DNA of 64,000 nucleotides, from the NCBI GenBank assembly GCA_965221325.1, contig OZ244880.1. One strand, 5' to 3'. The number at the start of each line of letters is the position of its first letter. The stretch's first letter is position 1. The notes under the pieces are model-generated. The model was not told where the DNA came from. It saw nothing but the letters and a program-made list of their open reading frames with translations, and searched no databases. Position numbers and translations under genes: made by a program. Positions 56,443 to 64,000 of the stretch are shown here, piece by piece. Source of the stretch: Candidatus Foliamicus sp. Lineage in GTDB: Bacteria > Pseudomonadota > Gammaproteobacteria > Steroidobacterales > Foliamicaceae.

Positions 56443-57189
56443 GTGGAAAGGGGATTGACTGAGAACATTCAAAATCAAATCGGTGAGCTTACGGCGATCC
56501 ATAGGGGGCTAAGCAAGGCAGCCGGGCGGAACGGTGAAACAGCACTATCGGGCGCGTTGCCGTTCGCAGCGTCTGCTGATGGACTGGAAACTATCACGGA
56601 CTCCTTTGATGTAGAGCTGGCGATTCCCAACGACTTACCCGACACGCTGCCGTGCGTTAGGGAAACGGGTGGCCGCATCGGAACCGATTACGAACATCGA
56701 AATCCGGACGGAACGCTTTGTCTGGCTGTCCCTGTCGCGCAGCGCTGCGTCTTCCTCGAGGAGCCATCGCTACTCGGGTTCGTCAACCGGCTAGTGATCC
56801 CATACCTTTATGACTTCTGCTTCTTCGAGAAATATGGTCATCATCCCTTCGGCGAAGCCGCGCACGGCGATGAAGGGATATTGAGTCACTACCTGGATGC
56901 GCTAGATCTAGACGGCGATCTCGACGCACTCAGGGTGATCTGTTTTCTCTTTGAACACGGTTATCGTGGTCATCACGACTGCCCATGCGGGAGCGGACGA
57001 AGAGTGAGAGCGTGCCACGGGCCGGCGTTATTGACGCTACACAAAGCCCACAATGAACAGTCCCTCCGCACGGATTTCATGGCCATCTTGAAAGCGTGCG
57101 TCGCCAATTCTGAGAACGGTCGACTTTCTCTTCCCACGCCGTTGCATCGTCAAATACGACGTCTTCTGAAGAAGTTCCGAGACTATTGA
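56443..57189 (+). CDS. E2-like (UBC-fold candidate) protein with a C-terminal SEC-C-type Cys/His knuckle; third gene of the CBASS-like module
   Basis: EHRNPDGTLCLAV resembles the HxN...C active-site stretch of E2 enzymes. HHDCPCGSGRRVRACHG resembles the SEC-C metal-binding motif. The start overlaps the end of the nucleotidyltransferase frame. The assignment rests on motifs only. Confidence 0.5.
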   Translation: MERGLTENIQNQIGELTAIHRGLSKAAGRNGETALSGALPFAASADGLETITDSFDVELAIPNDLPDTLPCVRETGGRIGTDYEHRNPDGTLCLAVPVAQRCVFLEEPSLLGFVNRLVIPYLYDFCFFEKYGHHPFGEAAHGDEGILSHYLDALDLDGDLDALRVICFLFEHGYRGHHDCPCGSGRRVRACHGPALLTLHKAHNEQSLRTDFMAILKACVANSENGRLSLPTPLHRQIRRLLKKFRDY

Positions 57190-57313
57190 TACATGCAGAA
57201 GCTGTAGCTCACTTGGGTTTGTTGCGGGTTAGTTTGGCAACCCACAAATCCAAGGCTGGCGAGCAAAAGGCAGAGTAGCTTTGCCGCGTGGCAACGCGTG
57301 CGCACGGACTTTT

Positions 57314-58015
57314 TCACACCTTCCTAACCGTCCACAACACCTTGCCCACGATGTGCGCCTCATCAGCCAGACAGGTGTAGTCCGCGTAGTCGGGGTTGGC
57401 CGACTTCAGCCGCAGCCGGGGCCGACCGTCCGGGTCGCGCAAGGGCTCCACGCGCTTGACCACAAGCCCGCCGCCGTCCCACAGCACGAATAACTCTCCG
57501 GTGGCGGGCACACGGCGGGACGTATCCACCAGGAGCCGGTCACCCTCGGACAACTCAGGCTCCATCGACTCGCCGCGAACGCGCAGCGCCCGGACGGCGC
57601 CGGGGACCGCGCCGCCCTCGTAGCGGATCATTCCCTCGGGCAGGAACCAACGGGCCTTCTCCTCGACGAACTCCTGCGCGAGAGCGCCGGGACCGGCCGA
57701 AACCTCGACCTCCACCTCCGAGATCGCGGCGAGGGGCACAGGAGATTGCTTCGTCACTGACGGTGTGGGTCGCTCCTTCGCCTTCGGTTTGCCCCGCGGC
57801 GGCCGCTCGGCGTGGCGCAGCGCTGCGACATCGCATTCAAGCACCCCGGCGAGCTTCTCCGAATCCACGTGGGACAGCACCTTGGGGCTGCCGCGCTCCA
57901 GGAACCCGTGCATGTAGCTGACGTTGCGGCCGATGGCGAGCGAGACCTGGCGCATGGTGAGGCCGCGCTCCCAGAGCAGGTCCTGGATCTTCCGTCGTAC
58001 CGGGTCGTTGTTCAT
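57314..58015 (-). CDS. LexA/CI-type repressor (XRE HTH + S24 peptidase)
   Basis: The N-terminal HTH reads LTMRQVSLAIGRNVSYMHGFL. The C-terminal S24 domain has VRGESMEP (Ser nucleophile) and VVKRV (Lys). Confidence 0.85.
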   Translation of the reverse strand: MNNDPVRRKIQDLLWERGLTMRQVSLAIGRNVSYMHGFLERGSPKVLSHVDSEKLAGVLECDVAALRHAERPPRGKPKAKERPTPSVTKQSPVPLAAISEVEVEVSAGPGALAQEFVEEKARWFLPEGMIRYEGGAVPGAVRALRVRGESMEPELSEGDRLLVDTSRRVPATGELFVLWDGGGLVVKRVEPLRDPDGRPRLRLKSANPDYADYTCLADEAHIVGKVLWTVRKV

Positions 58016-58106
58016 CGCAGCCCCTCGCAGGCATGACGCAAAGCATAGCGTAATCGCTACAAGACGCTATTGTCAACGACACTACGCGTTCGTAATGTGG
58101 CCCGCC

Positions 58107-58460
58107 ATGGACGCACTCTCCACACGCCTCGGCCATGCGATACGGGCCCACCTCGACCGCACCGGGACCTCCCCGGCGCGGCTCGGGGCCGACGCGCTGG
58201 GCGATCCGTCCTTCGTGCTGCGGCTCAACCGCGGCGGAGCGCCAGGACGGCAAGCGCCGGACGTAACAACCGGGGAAAATCGGACGCTGAAAGGCGCTGA
58301 TATGGCCGCGCCAGCGGACACCGCCGCACACCCTAAAAAAAGGGGGGGAGCTGCTGCCCGGCCCGCTGGACCTGGCGCATTCGCCGCCGATGGCACCGGC
58401 GAAATTCCGCCGGCGGTGTGGTGCCGGAGCGGGGGCCATCCTGTGCACACGCAATTGTGA
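58107..58460 (+). CDS. Hypothetical HTH-like protein divergent from the repressor (Cro-like position)
   Basis: It begins MDALSTRLGHAIRAHLDRTGTSPARLGADALGDPSFVLRLNRGG, which resembles a short HTH N-terminus. The call rests mainly on the divergent arrangement with the CI-like gene. The C-terminal half is low-complexity. Confidence 0.35.
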   Translation: MDALSTRLGHAIRAHLDRTGTSPARLGADALGDPSFVLRLNRGGAPGRQAPDVTTGENRTLKGADMAAPADTAAHPKKRGGAAARPAGPGAFAADGTGEIPPAVWCRSGGHPVHTQL

Positions 58461-58478
58461 CAATGCGAGAATCGCGCC

Positions 58479-58835
58479 ATGAGAGGCCCGCCCTGGACGC
58501 CTGCCGAGGATGACGCCGTGCGCGCTGCCGCGGGCTGGCGTGAATGGCGGTCGGTCGCGGAGTGCCTAGGCCGGACTCATGCGGCGGTCCGCAAGCGGGC
58601 GGAGCGCCTGGGCGTCACAACGGCCCGCGCTCCGCGCCCGCCGGAACCGAAAGCCGCCCGGCTGTGCCGGCGCTGTGGCGAGCCGGCGAAGCCGCCGCGG
58701 TTGCACTATTGCTCGGACTATTGCGCGGCGCTGGCGCAAGGGCATTGCCCCGCCTGCGGGCGCAAGCTGGCCGGCGGCGAATGCCCCGACACCTTTTGCC
58801 GGTCGCGGGCCGATCCGGCCCTGCCTGGCGGATAG
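58479..58835 (+). CDS. Myb/SANT-like HTH protein with a Cys-rich tail
   Basis: PWTPAEDDAVRAAAG...WRSVAECLGRTHAAVRKRAERLG fits a SANT/Myb repeat. The tail contains CRRC...CSDYC...CPAC...C. Confidence 0.45.
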   Translation: MRGPPWTPAEDDAVRAAAGWREWRSVAECLGRTHAAVRKRAERLGVTTARAPRPPEPKAARLCRRCGEPAKPPRLHYCSDYCAALAQGHCPACGRKLAGGECPDTFCRSRADPALPGG

Positions 58836-59292
58836 GTCCGCTGCCGAAGGTGCGGGAAATTCCCGCAATTCCGGGCGGATTCCCGGATGCTGGACCCTTC
58901 GGAGGTGTCGAAACTCCCGCCTACGGGCGATAGAGCGGCCTATTCTCCGGGCCGCTGCCGTCCTGGACGTCCAGTAACCGATTGCACGTCCTGGGGCCTT
59001 GCTCGCGCCTACGGGCGATTTTGCCGCCTGTGACAGCCCGCATGGGCGGTGAATTTCCGAGGTCCTGGACGCTGTGGCGAAAATTCCATCAGGTATATTC
59101 GGGCTTGCCGCTTATTTCGCGGGCGAAACCCATGCCGGGTTTTCCCGCCAAATAGAACAGCCCGGCATACAAGCAGCGGTTAGCTCCCGCCGCTTGGAGT
59201 GAATAGGTGGGGTTTCCTTCCCTGCGAAGTAAGCTGCAATGGCCCGGCACCTTGCGGGCCGCAGATACACGCCATGCTTGGAGGGGATCGAA

Positions 59293-60972
59293 ATGAAAAA
59301 GAAGTTTGCCTGGATTGCTATTCCTCTAGTTGCGGTACTGTGCATCGGTACTTACGTTTTCTTGTCGGACAGACCGCAAAAACCTGATACTCTCGCCGAA
59401 TCCGAATCAGCGCCGGACGCTTCCGGCAGCTTTCCTGACTCCCAATCGCCAATCGTCGCGGAAAACATGACCGGCGTTGCAACGGGCGCGCCGAATGAGC
59501 GGCCTCCCGAAAGGAAAACCAACACCATAGGCGACCTAACGAACTTCACTTTGACTCACGGCGACATTGGTTACGTTGATGTCAATTCGATCATGCAAGG
59601 CCGCGATCCGTACAGCATCGTGGACCTGTTGCAGTCCCATCACGAACTGACCGGCGCGGACGATTCGCTTGAAATCGCGATCGAAAGCATCTCGGAGAAT
59701 GAAATCTGGGGCCAGGAAGTGTTCTTCCGCCAACTCATCGACGGGCAGCCCACAAACGAAGTTGGAAAATTATTCTTCTCACCGGACGGCACTGTTACCC
59801 GTGTTTATTCCGACCTGCTCAACACCGAATCACTCAACACGAGCGATATCGTGATCCTTGCGCCGGAAGCCGAAGCGATGGCGGCGAATGTAGCGGCCCG
59901 TTACGCCGAAAATATTGAGGTTCATCTTGATTGGAGCGACGTGCCTTTAACCTTCACGACGCATTCTGCCGAAATGCGTTACGAACTGGATTCCGATTCG
60001 AACCTTGTGCGGCTTTGGCACGTAGAAGTGACCATTGACGGTCCAGTCATGGATGGGGTTCGAGTATCCGTTTCTCCTGAGACCGGCGAAGTGGTCCGAG
60101 TGGATAGCGCGTTGGTTTACTTCCAAGCCACTGCCGACCATTCGATCCATGTAGTCGATGCTGACAGGCCGGCCCCTGGTAAATCAGGTGCCCGGACAGT
60201 CGTATGGAAGGACGGCGAATGCATGATTAAATCGTTGTGCAATGACCCGAAGTACACCGCTCCACTGGAAACCGTCAGAGACGTCATAGCCGACGTTCAA
60301 TCAGTCAGCAAGCGGTATATCACAAACCCAATTACCATTATGGTGAATTACCCGAAAAAACTCCTGAACGCTGAAGGAGCTTGGGACGAAAGCAGCGGCA
60401 CGATATATATACGCGTCGACGTTACCGACCTTGAGGGGATAGCCGCGCATGAGGCCTATCATGCAGCGTCGCAGTCTCAGGACGGACCGGTGGAGCACGG
60501 CTTGGTGTACGCCATGACGGCTTTAAGGGGCTGGGACAGTTGGCACAATAAAGGCACTTCTGTCACAAGGACACGTCGCACTTATACAAGTGACGGACCG
60601 CATACTACCAACATGATGTATCGGGTTGCCCAGGAACTCGGCGACTATGACGCGGCGTTTCAGTTCGTCTTGGAGGTTGACAAGCTAGGCCCCTCTAGCA
60701 TTTACGGGCTTGTAACAGCAATGAAATCGGTATCCATCGACCTTAAGATTCCGATTTCCGTTCATAAAGTCTTGCTGGCGGTGGGTGAAATCGACCAGGC
60801 CACCTACGAGAACATGCTATTGGACTCGATCTCGCCGTATGGCATTGGTAGCCCGGACTGGGTGGACTACATGCGCCAACAGTTCGAAGACCAGGGATGG
60901 GACGAAGCCGAAGCGTGGGAACGGGTAATCCGATGGATTGAACGTTTCCTACGCAATAAGGGGTCCGGTTGA
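59293..60972 (+). CDS. Secreted/membrane-anchored zinc metalloprotease candidate (PepSY-like propeptide + HExxH)
   Basis: The ATG at 59293 is preceded by GGAGGGGA. The N-terminal anchor is MKKKFAWIAIPLVAVLCIGTYVF. A PepSY-like segment reads RLWHVEVTIDG...VSVSPETGEVVRVDS. The HExxH site is AAHEAYHAA. The gene is low-GC. Confidence 0.6.
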   Translation: MKKKFAWIAIPLVAVLCIGTYVFLSDRPQKPDTLAESESAPDASGSFPDSQSPIVAENMTGVATGAPNERPPERKTNTIGDLTNFTLTHGDIGYVDVNSIMQGRDPYSIVDLLQSHHELTGADDSLEIAIESISENEIWGQEVFFRQLIDGQPTNEVGKLFFSPDGTVTRVYSDLLNTESLNTSDIVILAPEAEAMAANVAARYAENIEVHLDWSDVPLTFTTHSAEMRYELDSDSNLVRLWHVEVTIDGPVMDGVRVSVSPETGEVVRVDSALVYFQATADHSIHVVDADRPAPGKSGARTVVWKDGECMIKSLCNDPKYTAPLETVRDVIADVQSVSKRYITNPITIMVNYPKKLLNAEGAWDESSGTIYIRVDVTDLEGIAAHEAYHAASQSQDGPVEHGLVYAMTALRGWDSWHNKGTSVTRTRRTYTSDGPHTTNMMYRVAQELGDYDAAFQFVLEVDKLGPSSIYGLVTAMKSVSIDLKIPISVHKVLLAVGEIDQATYENMLLDSISPYGIGSPDWVDYMRQQFEDQGWDEAEAWERVIRWIERFLRNKGSG

Positions 60973-61208
60973 ATAACGGCCTTGTCTTTGGCGAGGGTCG
61001 CGGTCGCGTTTCCGGGCGCGTCGCGCGCCATGCGGAGCGGATCGCCCGCACGCATGGCGCGCACTTCCGCTGCCGTTCTATTCCTGGCGAGGGCTGGCGT
61101 TACTGGTTCACGCACCCGGACGGCGGGCGGGCGGCCAACCGCATGACGGAGCAGGCCATCCGTTCGGGCCTGGCGGCGGAGGGCCTGGACATTCGCCGCC
61201 TGGCGTAG
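60969..61208 (+). CDS. Hypothetical small protein (79 aa)
   Basis: The ORF fills the gap between the protease and the integrase and has a non-ATG start. I recognise no motif. Confidence 0.25.
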   Translation: MNNGLVFGEGRGRVSGRVARHAERIARTHGAHFRCRSIPGEGWRYWFTHPDGGRAANRMTEQAIRSGLAAEGLDIRRLA

Positions 61209-61211
61209 CGG

Positions 61212-62165
61212 CTAGAGATATTTCGCGACCGCGCCGCGTTCGGCGGTAGCGCCGGCGCTGTAGTGGGCGACCATCCGGGCGGTTTTCCAGCCGCCCGCCA
61301 GCATCGTTTCGGTGGTGGACGCGCCGCGGCGTGTGAGTTCGGAGGCGAGGCCGATCCGGGCGGAGTGGGCCGTGATCCGCCCGGCGATCCCGGCGGCCTT
61401 CGCCAGCGCCTTTACGCGGTTGGCGATCTGATCCGGGCCGATGCCGAGCAAGGGCGATTCGCTGCCCTGGGCGTCGGCGGCCAGTTCGAGCAAGGCTGCG
61501 GCTGCGCTGTTCTTCACAAGGCGCATATCGGCGGCGCTGCCGTCCGGGTTCGTCTTGGAGCGCCGCACGGCCACAACGGCGCAGCCTGGGGCGTCCTGGG
61601 CAGTCTGCACGTCCGCCGCGGTGACGGCGGCGGCTTCGGAGCGGCGCATCCCGGCGTAGAACAGCAAGCCGAGCATGGCCGCGTCCCGGCGGCTTCGGGT
61701 TTCCTGGCGGGCGGGGCTTTCGGTTCCGCGTCCATACGGGGCGGCCTGGCGGGCCGCGTTCAGCATTGCGCCGACATCTTCGAGCGTGAGGGCGGCGGAC
61801 TGGCCGCGCCCGCGGTCCTGGCGCTGGCGGCGGATGCGTTCGAGCGCGGCCTGGGTCTGCGGGCCTTTCGAGTTCGGCTGCCCATTGACGCGGGCGCGGT
61901 AGGCGATGGCGGCGGCGGCCTGGGCGATGCTGGCCGGCGCTTTGCCGGCGGCTTCGAGGGCGCGGAGGTAGGCGGCGAGTTCGCCATCCGCCGCGGCCTG
62001 GGCGGGTTCCTGGCCGCGCCAGGTATCGAACCGTGCGGCCCATGCGGCGTACGCCTTGATCGTGTTGGCGGCCCGCGATCCCGCGAGGTCCTGGCGGTAT
62101 TCGGCGCTGGCCGTCGCGGGTGCGGTTTCCTGGGCGGTTGTGAGGGCGGTTGCTAGCGGTGTCAT
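61212..62165 (-). CDS. Tyrosine-type site-specific recombinase/integrase
   Basis: The N-terminal SAM-like domain contains NTIKAYAAWAARF. The catalytic residues are in YAGMRRSE (Arg), AHSARIG (HxxR) and GGWKTARMVAHY (Trp/His and the Tyr nucleophile). Confidence 0.88.
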   Translation of the reverse strand: MTPLATALTTAQETAPATASAEYRQDLAGSRAANTIKAYAAWAARFDTWRGQEPAQAAADGELAAYLRALEAAGKAPASIAQAAAAIAYRARVNGQPNSKGPQTQAALERIRRQRQDRGRGQSAALTLEDVGAMLNAARQAAPYGRGTESPARQETRSRRDAAMLGLLFYAGMRRSEAAAVTAADVQTAQDAPGCAVVAVRRSKTNPDGSAADMRLVKNSAAAALLELAADAQGSESPLLGIGPDQIANRVKALAKAAGIAGRITAHSARIGLASELTRRGASTTETMLAGGWKTARMVAHYSAGATAERGAVAKYL

Positions 62166-62367
62166 GGCGGGTTCCCGTGGATCGTTTAGATTTCGTATAG
62201 CTGGAATTATAGGGAATTATAATAGGGCCTTTCAAGGGGCATCATTGGCACTGTTGGCAACAAATAGAAATGTCCGGGTTGCTGTTGGCCCTTTTTGCCG
62301 GCTGGTGGCGAAGGATGAGACGGACTTACTGATTGCAGGAGACACGGCGGACGCGATTTGAAGAGGC

Positions 62368-62573
62368 CTATGGCGGGTAATACAGGTGCCCGTTGGACAG
62401 CTTCGACAGGCGCGCGAAGCGCGCGTTGCCGAACACCTCCCACTCGCGGCGCAGCAAACAACGCTTGGCCGCCCCGGACATCTGGCCCAGGTCCGCGTCC
62501 ACCTCCGCCAGAAGACGCACGGCATAAGGCGCTGAAGGCGCGTGCGGATTTCAGCTAACGCCATGTAAGCCAA
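62368..62573 (-). pseudogene. Possible frameshifted N-terminal remnant of a transposase/integrase-type gene
   Basis: On the minus strand, MAYMALAEIRTRLQRLMP is followed in another frame by VRLLAEVDADLGQMSGAAKRCLLRREWEVFGNARFARLSKLSNGHLYYPP-stop. The ...ARL..LS.GHLY... stretch resembles HTH N-termini of DDE transposases that I recall. The fragment is short and broken. Confidence 0.3.
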
Positions 62574-62698
62574 GCAGGAGATAGTGGTACTTCAACGAGT
62601 ATCAGCCGTTGGTTTTACTTCTTGCGGGCGGCGGGTACCGCACCAAGTGGCGCCGACCCGACGAGGGCCCGCGCCCGGTCGGGCAGCGTCAATAGGCT

Positions 62699-64000
62699 CT
62701 AGTTCAATCCCCGCCTTTCTAGAAAAGGCTCCACGTTCGGGTCCCTTCCGGCAAACTCCCTGAACAGACTCAACGCTTCGGCGCTGCCGCCCTTGGACAA
62801 CAGCGCGTCCCTGAAGCGCTGGCCGTTCTCGCGCGTCATGCCGCCGTTCTCCCTGAACCACTCCACGGTGTCGGCATCCAGCACTTCGCTCCAGATATAG
62901 GAATAGTAGCCTGCCGAATATCCCCCCATGATGTGGGAGAAGTAGGTCAGACGGTATCGAGGGGGCACGGTGCTCAGGTCGGCGCCAGCCGAGGCCAACG
63001 CGCTGGCTTCGAACGGCATCAAATCCTCCGCGGAAGGCACTTGGTCGGCAGTGAGTTGGTGCAGCGCCTGGTCGGTGATAGATGCGGCCAAGTATTCCGT
63101 GGTCGCATAACCCTGGTTGAATTGTTCCGCCGCTAGTACACGGTCGAGCAGGTCCTGCGGGATCGGCTCGCCGGTCTCGTGGTGGCGCGCGTAGTTTGCC
63201 AGAACTTCGGGCCATGTGGCCCACATTTCGTAGACCTGGGAGGGATACTCAACAAAATCGCGCGGAACTCTGGTACCGGCGAATGACGGATAGTTCACGT
63301 TCGAGAAAATTCCGTGCAGCGCATGCCCGAATTCATGGAAGGCGGTGATGACTTCGTCGAACGTCAGCAACGTTGGTTCGCCCTCGGGGGGCTCGGGGAC
63401 ATTGAGGTGGTTCGCCACAATCGGGCGCGTGCCTTGCAGGTGCGATTGGCTGACGTAGGCATTCATCCATGCGCCGCCGCGTTTGGACTTGCGCGCGTAC
63501 GGATCGAATATGAACAGGCCCAACGTGGAACCGTCGTAATCGAAAACTTCAAATACCCGTACGTCTTCCTGGTACACCGGCAGGTCGAAGCGTTCCTCGA
63601 ATGTGATGCCGAATATCCGGTTGGCCGCAAAGAAGGCTCCGTTCTCCAGCACACTGTTCAATTCCAAAAAAGGCTTGAGTTGCGACGCATCGAAATCAAA
63701 CCGCTCGCTCCTGACCTTCTCGGCATAGAAGTCCCAATCCCAGGCGGCCAACTCGAAGTTGCCGCCTTCCGCATCGATCATGGCCTGCAGATCGCCCGCC
63801 TCGCGCTCCGCGTTGGCAACGGCCGCTGGAGTAAGCGAAGCCAGTCGTTCGTTGACCGCCGCGACGGTCTTCGCGGTCTGATTGTCGAGCATGTAATCCG
63901 CATGGGTTTTGTAGCCGAGCAGCGCCGCCCGCTGCGCGCGCAGCGCGGCGAGGCGACTGACGATTTCACGATTGTCGAATTCGCCGCCGCGGTTGCCGCG
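62699..64000 (-). CDS. dcp: Peptidyl-dipeptidase Dcp / oligopeptidase A family (M3), C-terminal about 430 aa; the N-terminus lies beyond the window end
   Basis: It has the zinc site FHEFGHALHG and the conserved M3 C-terminus (YSYIWSEVLDAD, FLERRGL). The frame stays open past the first Met of the tracked ORF up to position 64000. Confidence 0.9.
   Translation of the reverse strand, partial: RGNRGGEFDNREIVSRLAALRAQRAALLGYKTHADYMLDNQTAKTVAAVNERLASLTPAAVANAEREAGDLQAMIDAEGGNFELAAWDWDFYAEKVRSERFDFDASQLKPFLELNSVLENGAFFAANRIFGITFEERFDLPVYQEDVRVFEVFDYDGSTLGLFIFDPYARKSKRGGAWMNAYVSQSHLQGTRPIVANHLNVPEPPEGEPTLLTFDEVITAFHEFGHALHGIFSNVNYPSFAGTRVPRDFVEYPSQVYEMWATWPEVLANYARHHETGEPIPQDLLDRVLAAEQFNQGYATTEYLAASITDQALHQLTADQVPSAEDLMPFEASALASAGADLSTVPPRYRLTYFSHIMGGYSAGYYSYIWSEVLDADTVEWFRENGGMTRENGQRFRDALLSKGGSAEALSLFREFAGRDPNVEPFLERRGLN

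Larger units (their letters stand above)
54034..56458 (+). pseudogene. cGAS/DncV-like nucleotidyltransferase (CD-NTase/SMODS-type), disrupted by an in-frame TAG (54946-54948) and an IS insertion (54981-56201)
   Basis: The Pol-beta NTase triad context is QGSFRLGT, YDIDLV and FHLDVLPA. The frame reads ...RRADGT-TAG-YIGNPVNPEEN up to the IS. After removing the IS and one AGAA copy it continues in frame as FADRWHEDNHARAH... to the stop at 56458. The reconstructed length is about 400 aa. Confidence 0.7.
57190..62600. mobile_element. Degraded integrative element / prophage remnant (repressor switch, cargo, tyrosine integrase)
   Basis: It contains a CI-like repressor divergent from an HTH gene, an integrase at the far end and a transposase remnant. 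Composition is mosaic, with high-GC regulatory genes and low-GC cargo. It lies between the core genes nadA and dcp together with the IS/CBASS segment. Confidence 0.5.

Noticed and set aside
57314-58015. The CI/LexA-like repressor acting as a dedicated CapH/CapP-type regulator of the CBASS-like module.
   Set aside because: CapH/CapP is a two-protein HTH plus metallopeptidase pair encoded adjacent to and divergent from the operon start. Here a single S24-type repressor lies downstream of the module, on the opposite strand, and is paired with its own divergent HTH gene like a phage switch. I keep this only as a speculative note.
1-64000. CRISPR arrays, rRNA genes and additional tRNAs.
   Set aside because: I saw no regularly spaced short repeats and no rRNA-like conserved stretches. 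The only cloverleaf I could fold is tRNA-Ser at 7009-7099.

Overview
This is a high-GC (about 65%) proteobacterial chromosome segment, probably gammaproteobacterial, made mostly of housekeeping operons with three compositionally foreign insertions.

**Core genes**
- xseA (fragment) sits divergent from guaB-guaA and tadA.
- A HlyD/ABC-2 exporter is followed by tRNA-Ser(CGA).
- After a GST and a membrane protein come feoA-feoB, then purL.
- glyA leads directly into ribD-ribE-ribBA-ribH-nusB-thiL-pgpA, followed by an MFS transporter.
- Next come acetoacetyl-CoA synthetase, a TonB-dependent receptor, ETF-QO and a thiolase.
- A seven-gene TonB2-type energizer cluster has the order DUF3450, TtpC-like, ExbB, ExbD, ExbD, TonB, TPR.
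- The remaining core genes are plsC, xerD, a quinone oxidoreductase, moaA, a TorF-like porin with amt, nadA, and a partial dcp at the right edge.
- A partner-switching signalling operon (response regulator-PP2C, RsbW-like kinase, periplasmic binding protein, histidine kinase) faces a convergent STAS gene.

**Accessory regions**
1. A roughly 1.8 kb low-GC islet lies directly 3' of tRNA-Ser. It carries a small protein with an RNxxxH (HEPN-type) motif and an unassignable 288-aa protein.
2. A single low-GC orphan gene lies at 27.1-27.9 kb.
3. An island of about 11 kb lies between nadA and dcp.
   - It holds two near-identical IS481-family copies.
   - It has a CBASS-like module: a patatin phospholipase, a cGAS/DncV-like nucleotidyltransferase and an E2-like/SEC-C-knuckle protein. 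The nucleotidyltransferase is broken by both an in-frame TAG and an IS insertion.
   - It has a CI/Cro-like switch, a Myb-like protein, a secreted HExxH/PepSY metalloprotease, a tyrosine integrase and a transposase remnant.

No CRISPR array or rRNA was seen. Most other long ORFs in the six-frame track are antisense or shadow ORFs typical of high-GC DNA.
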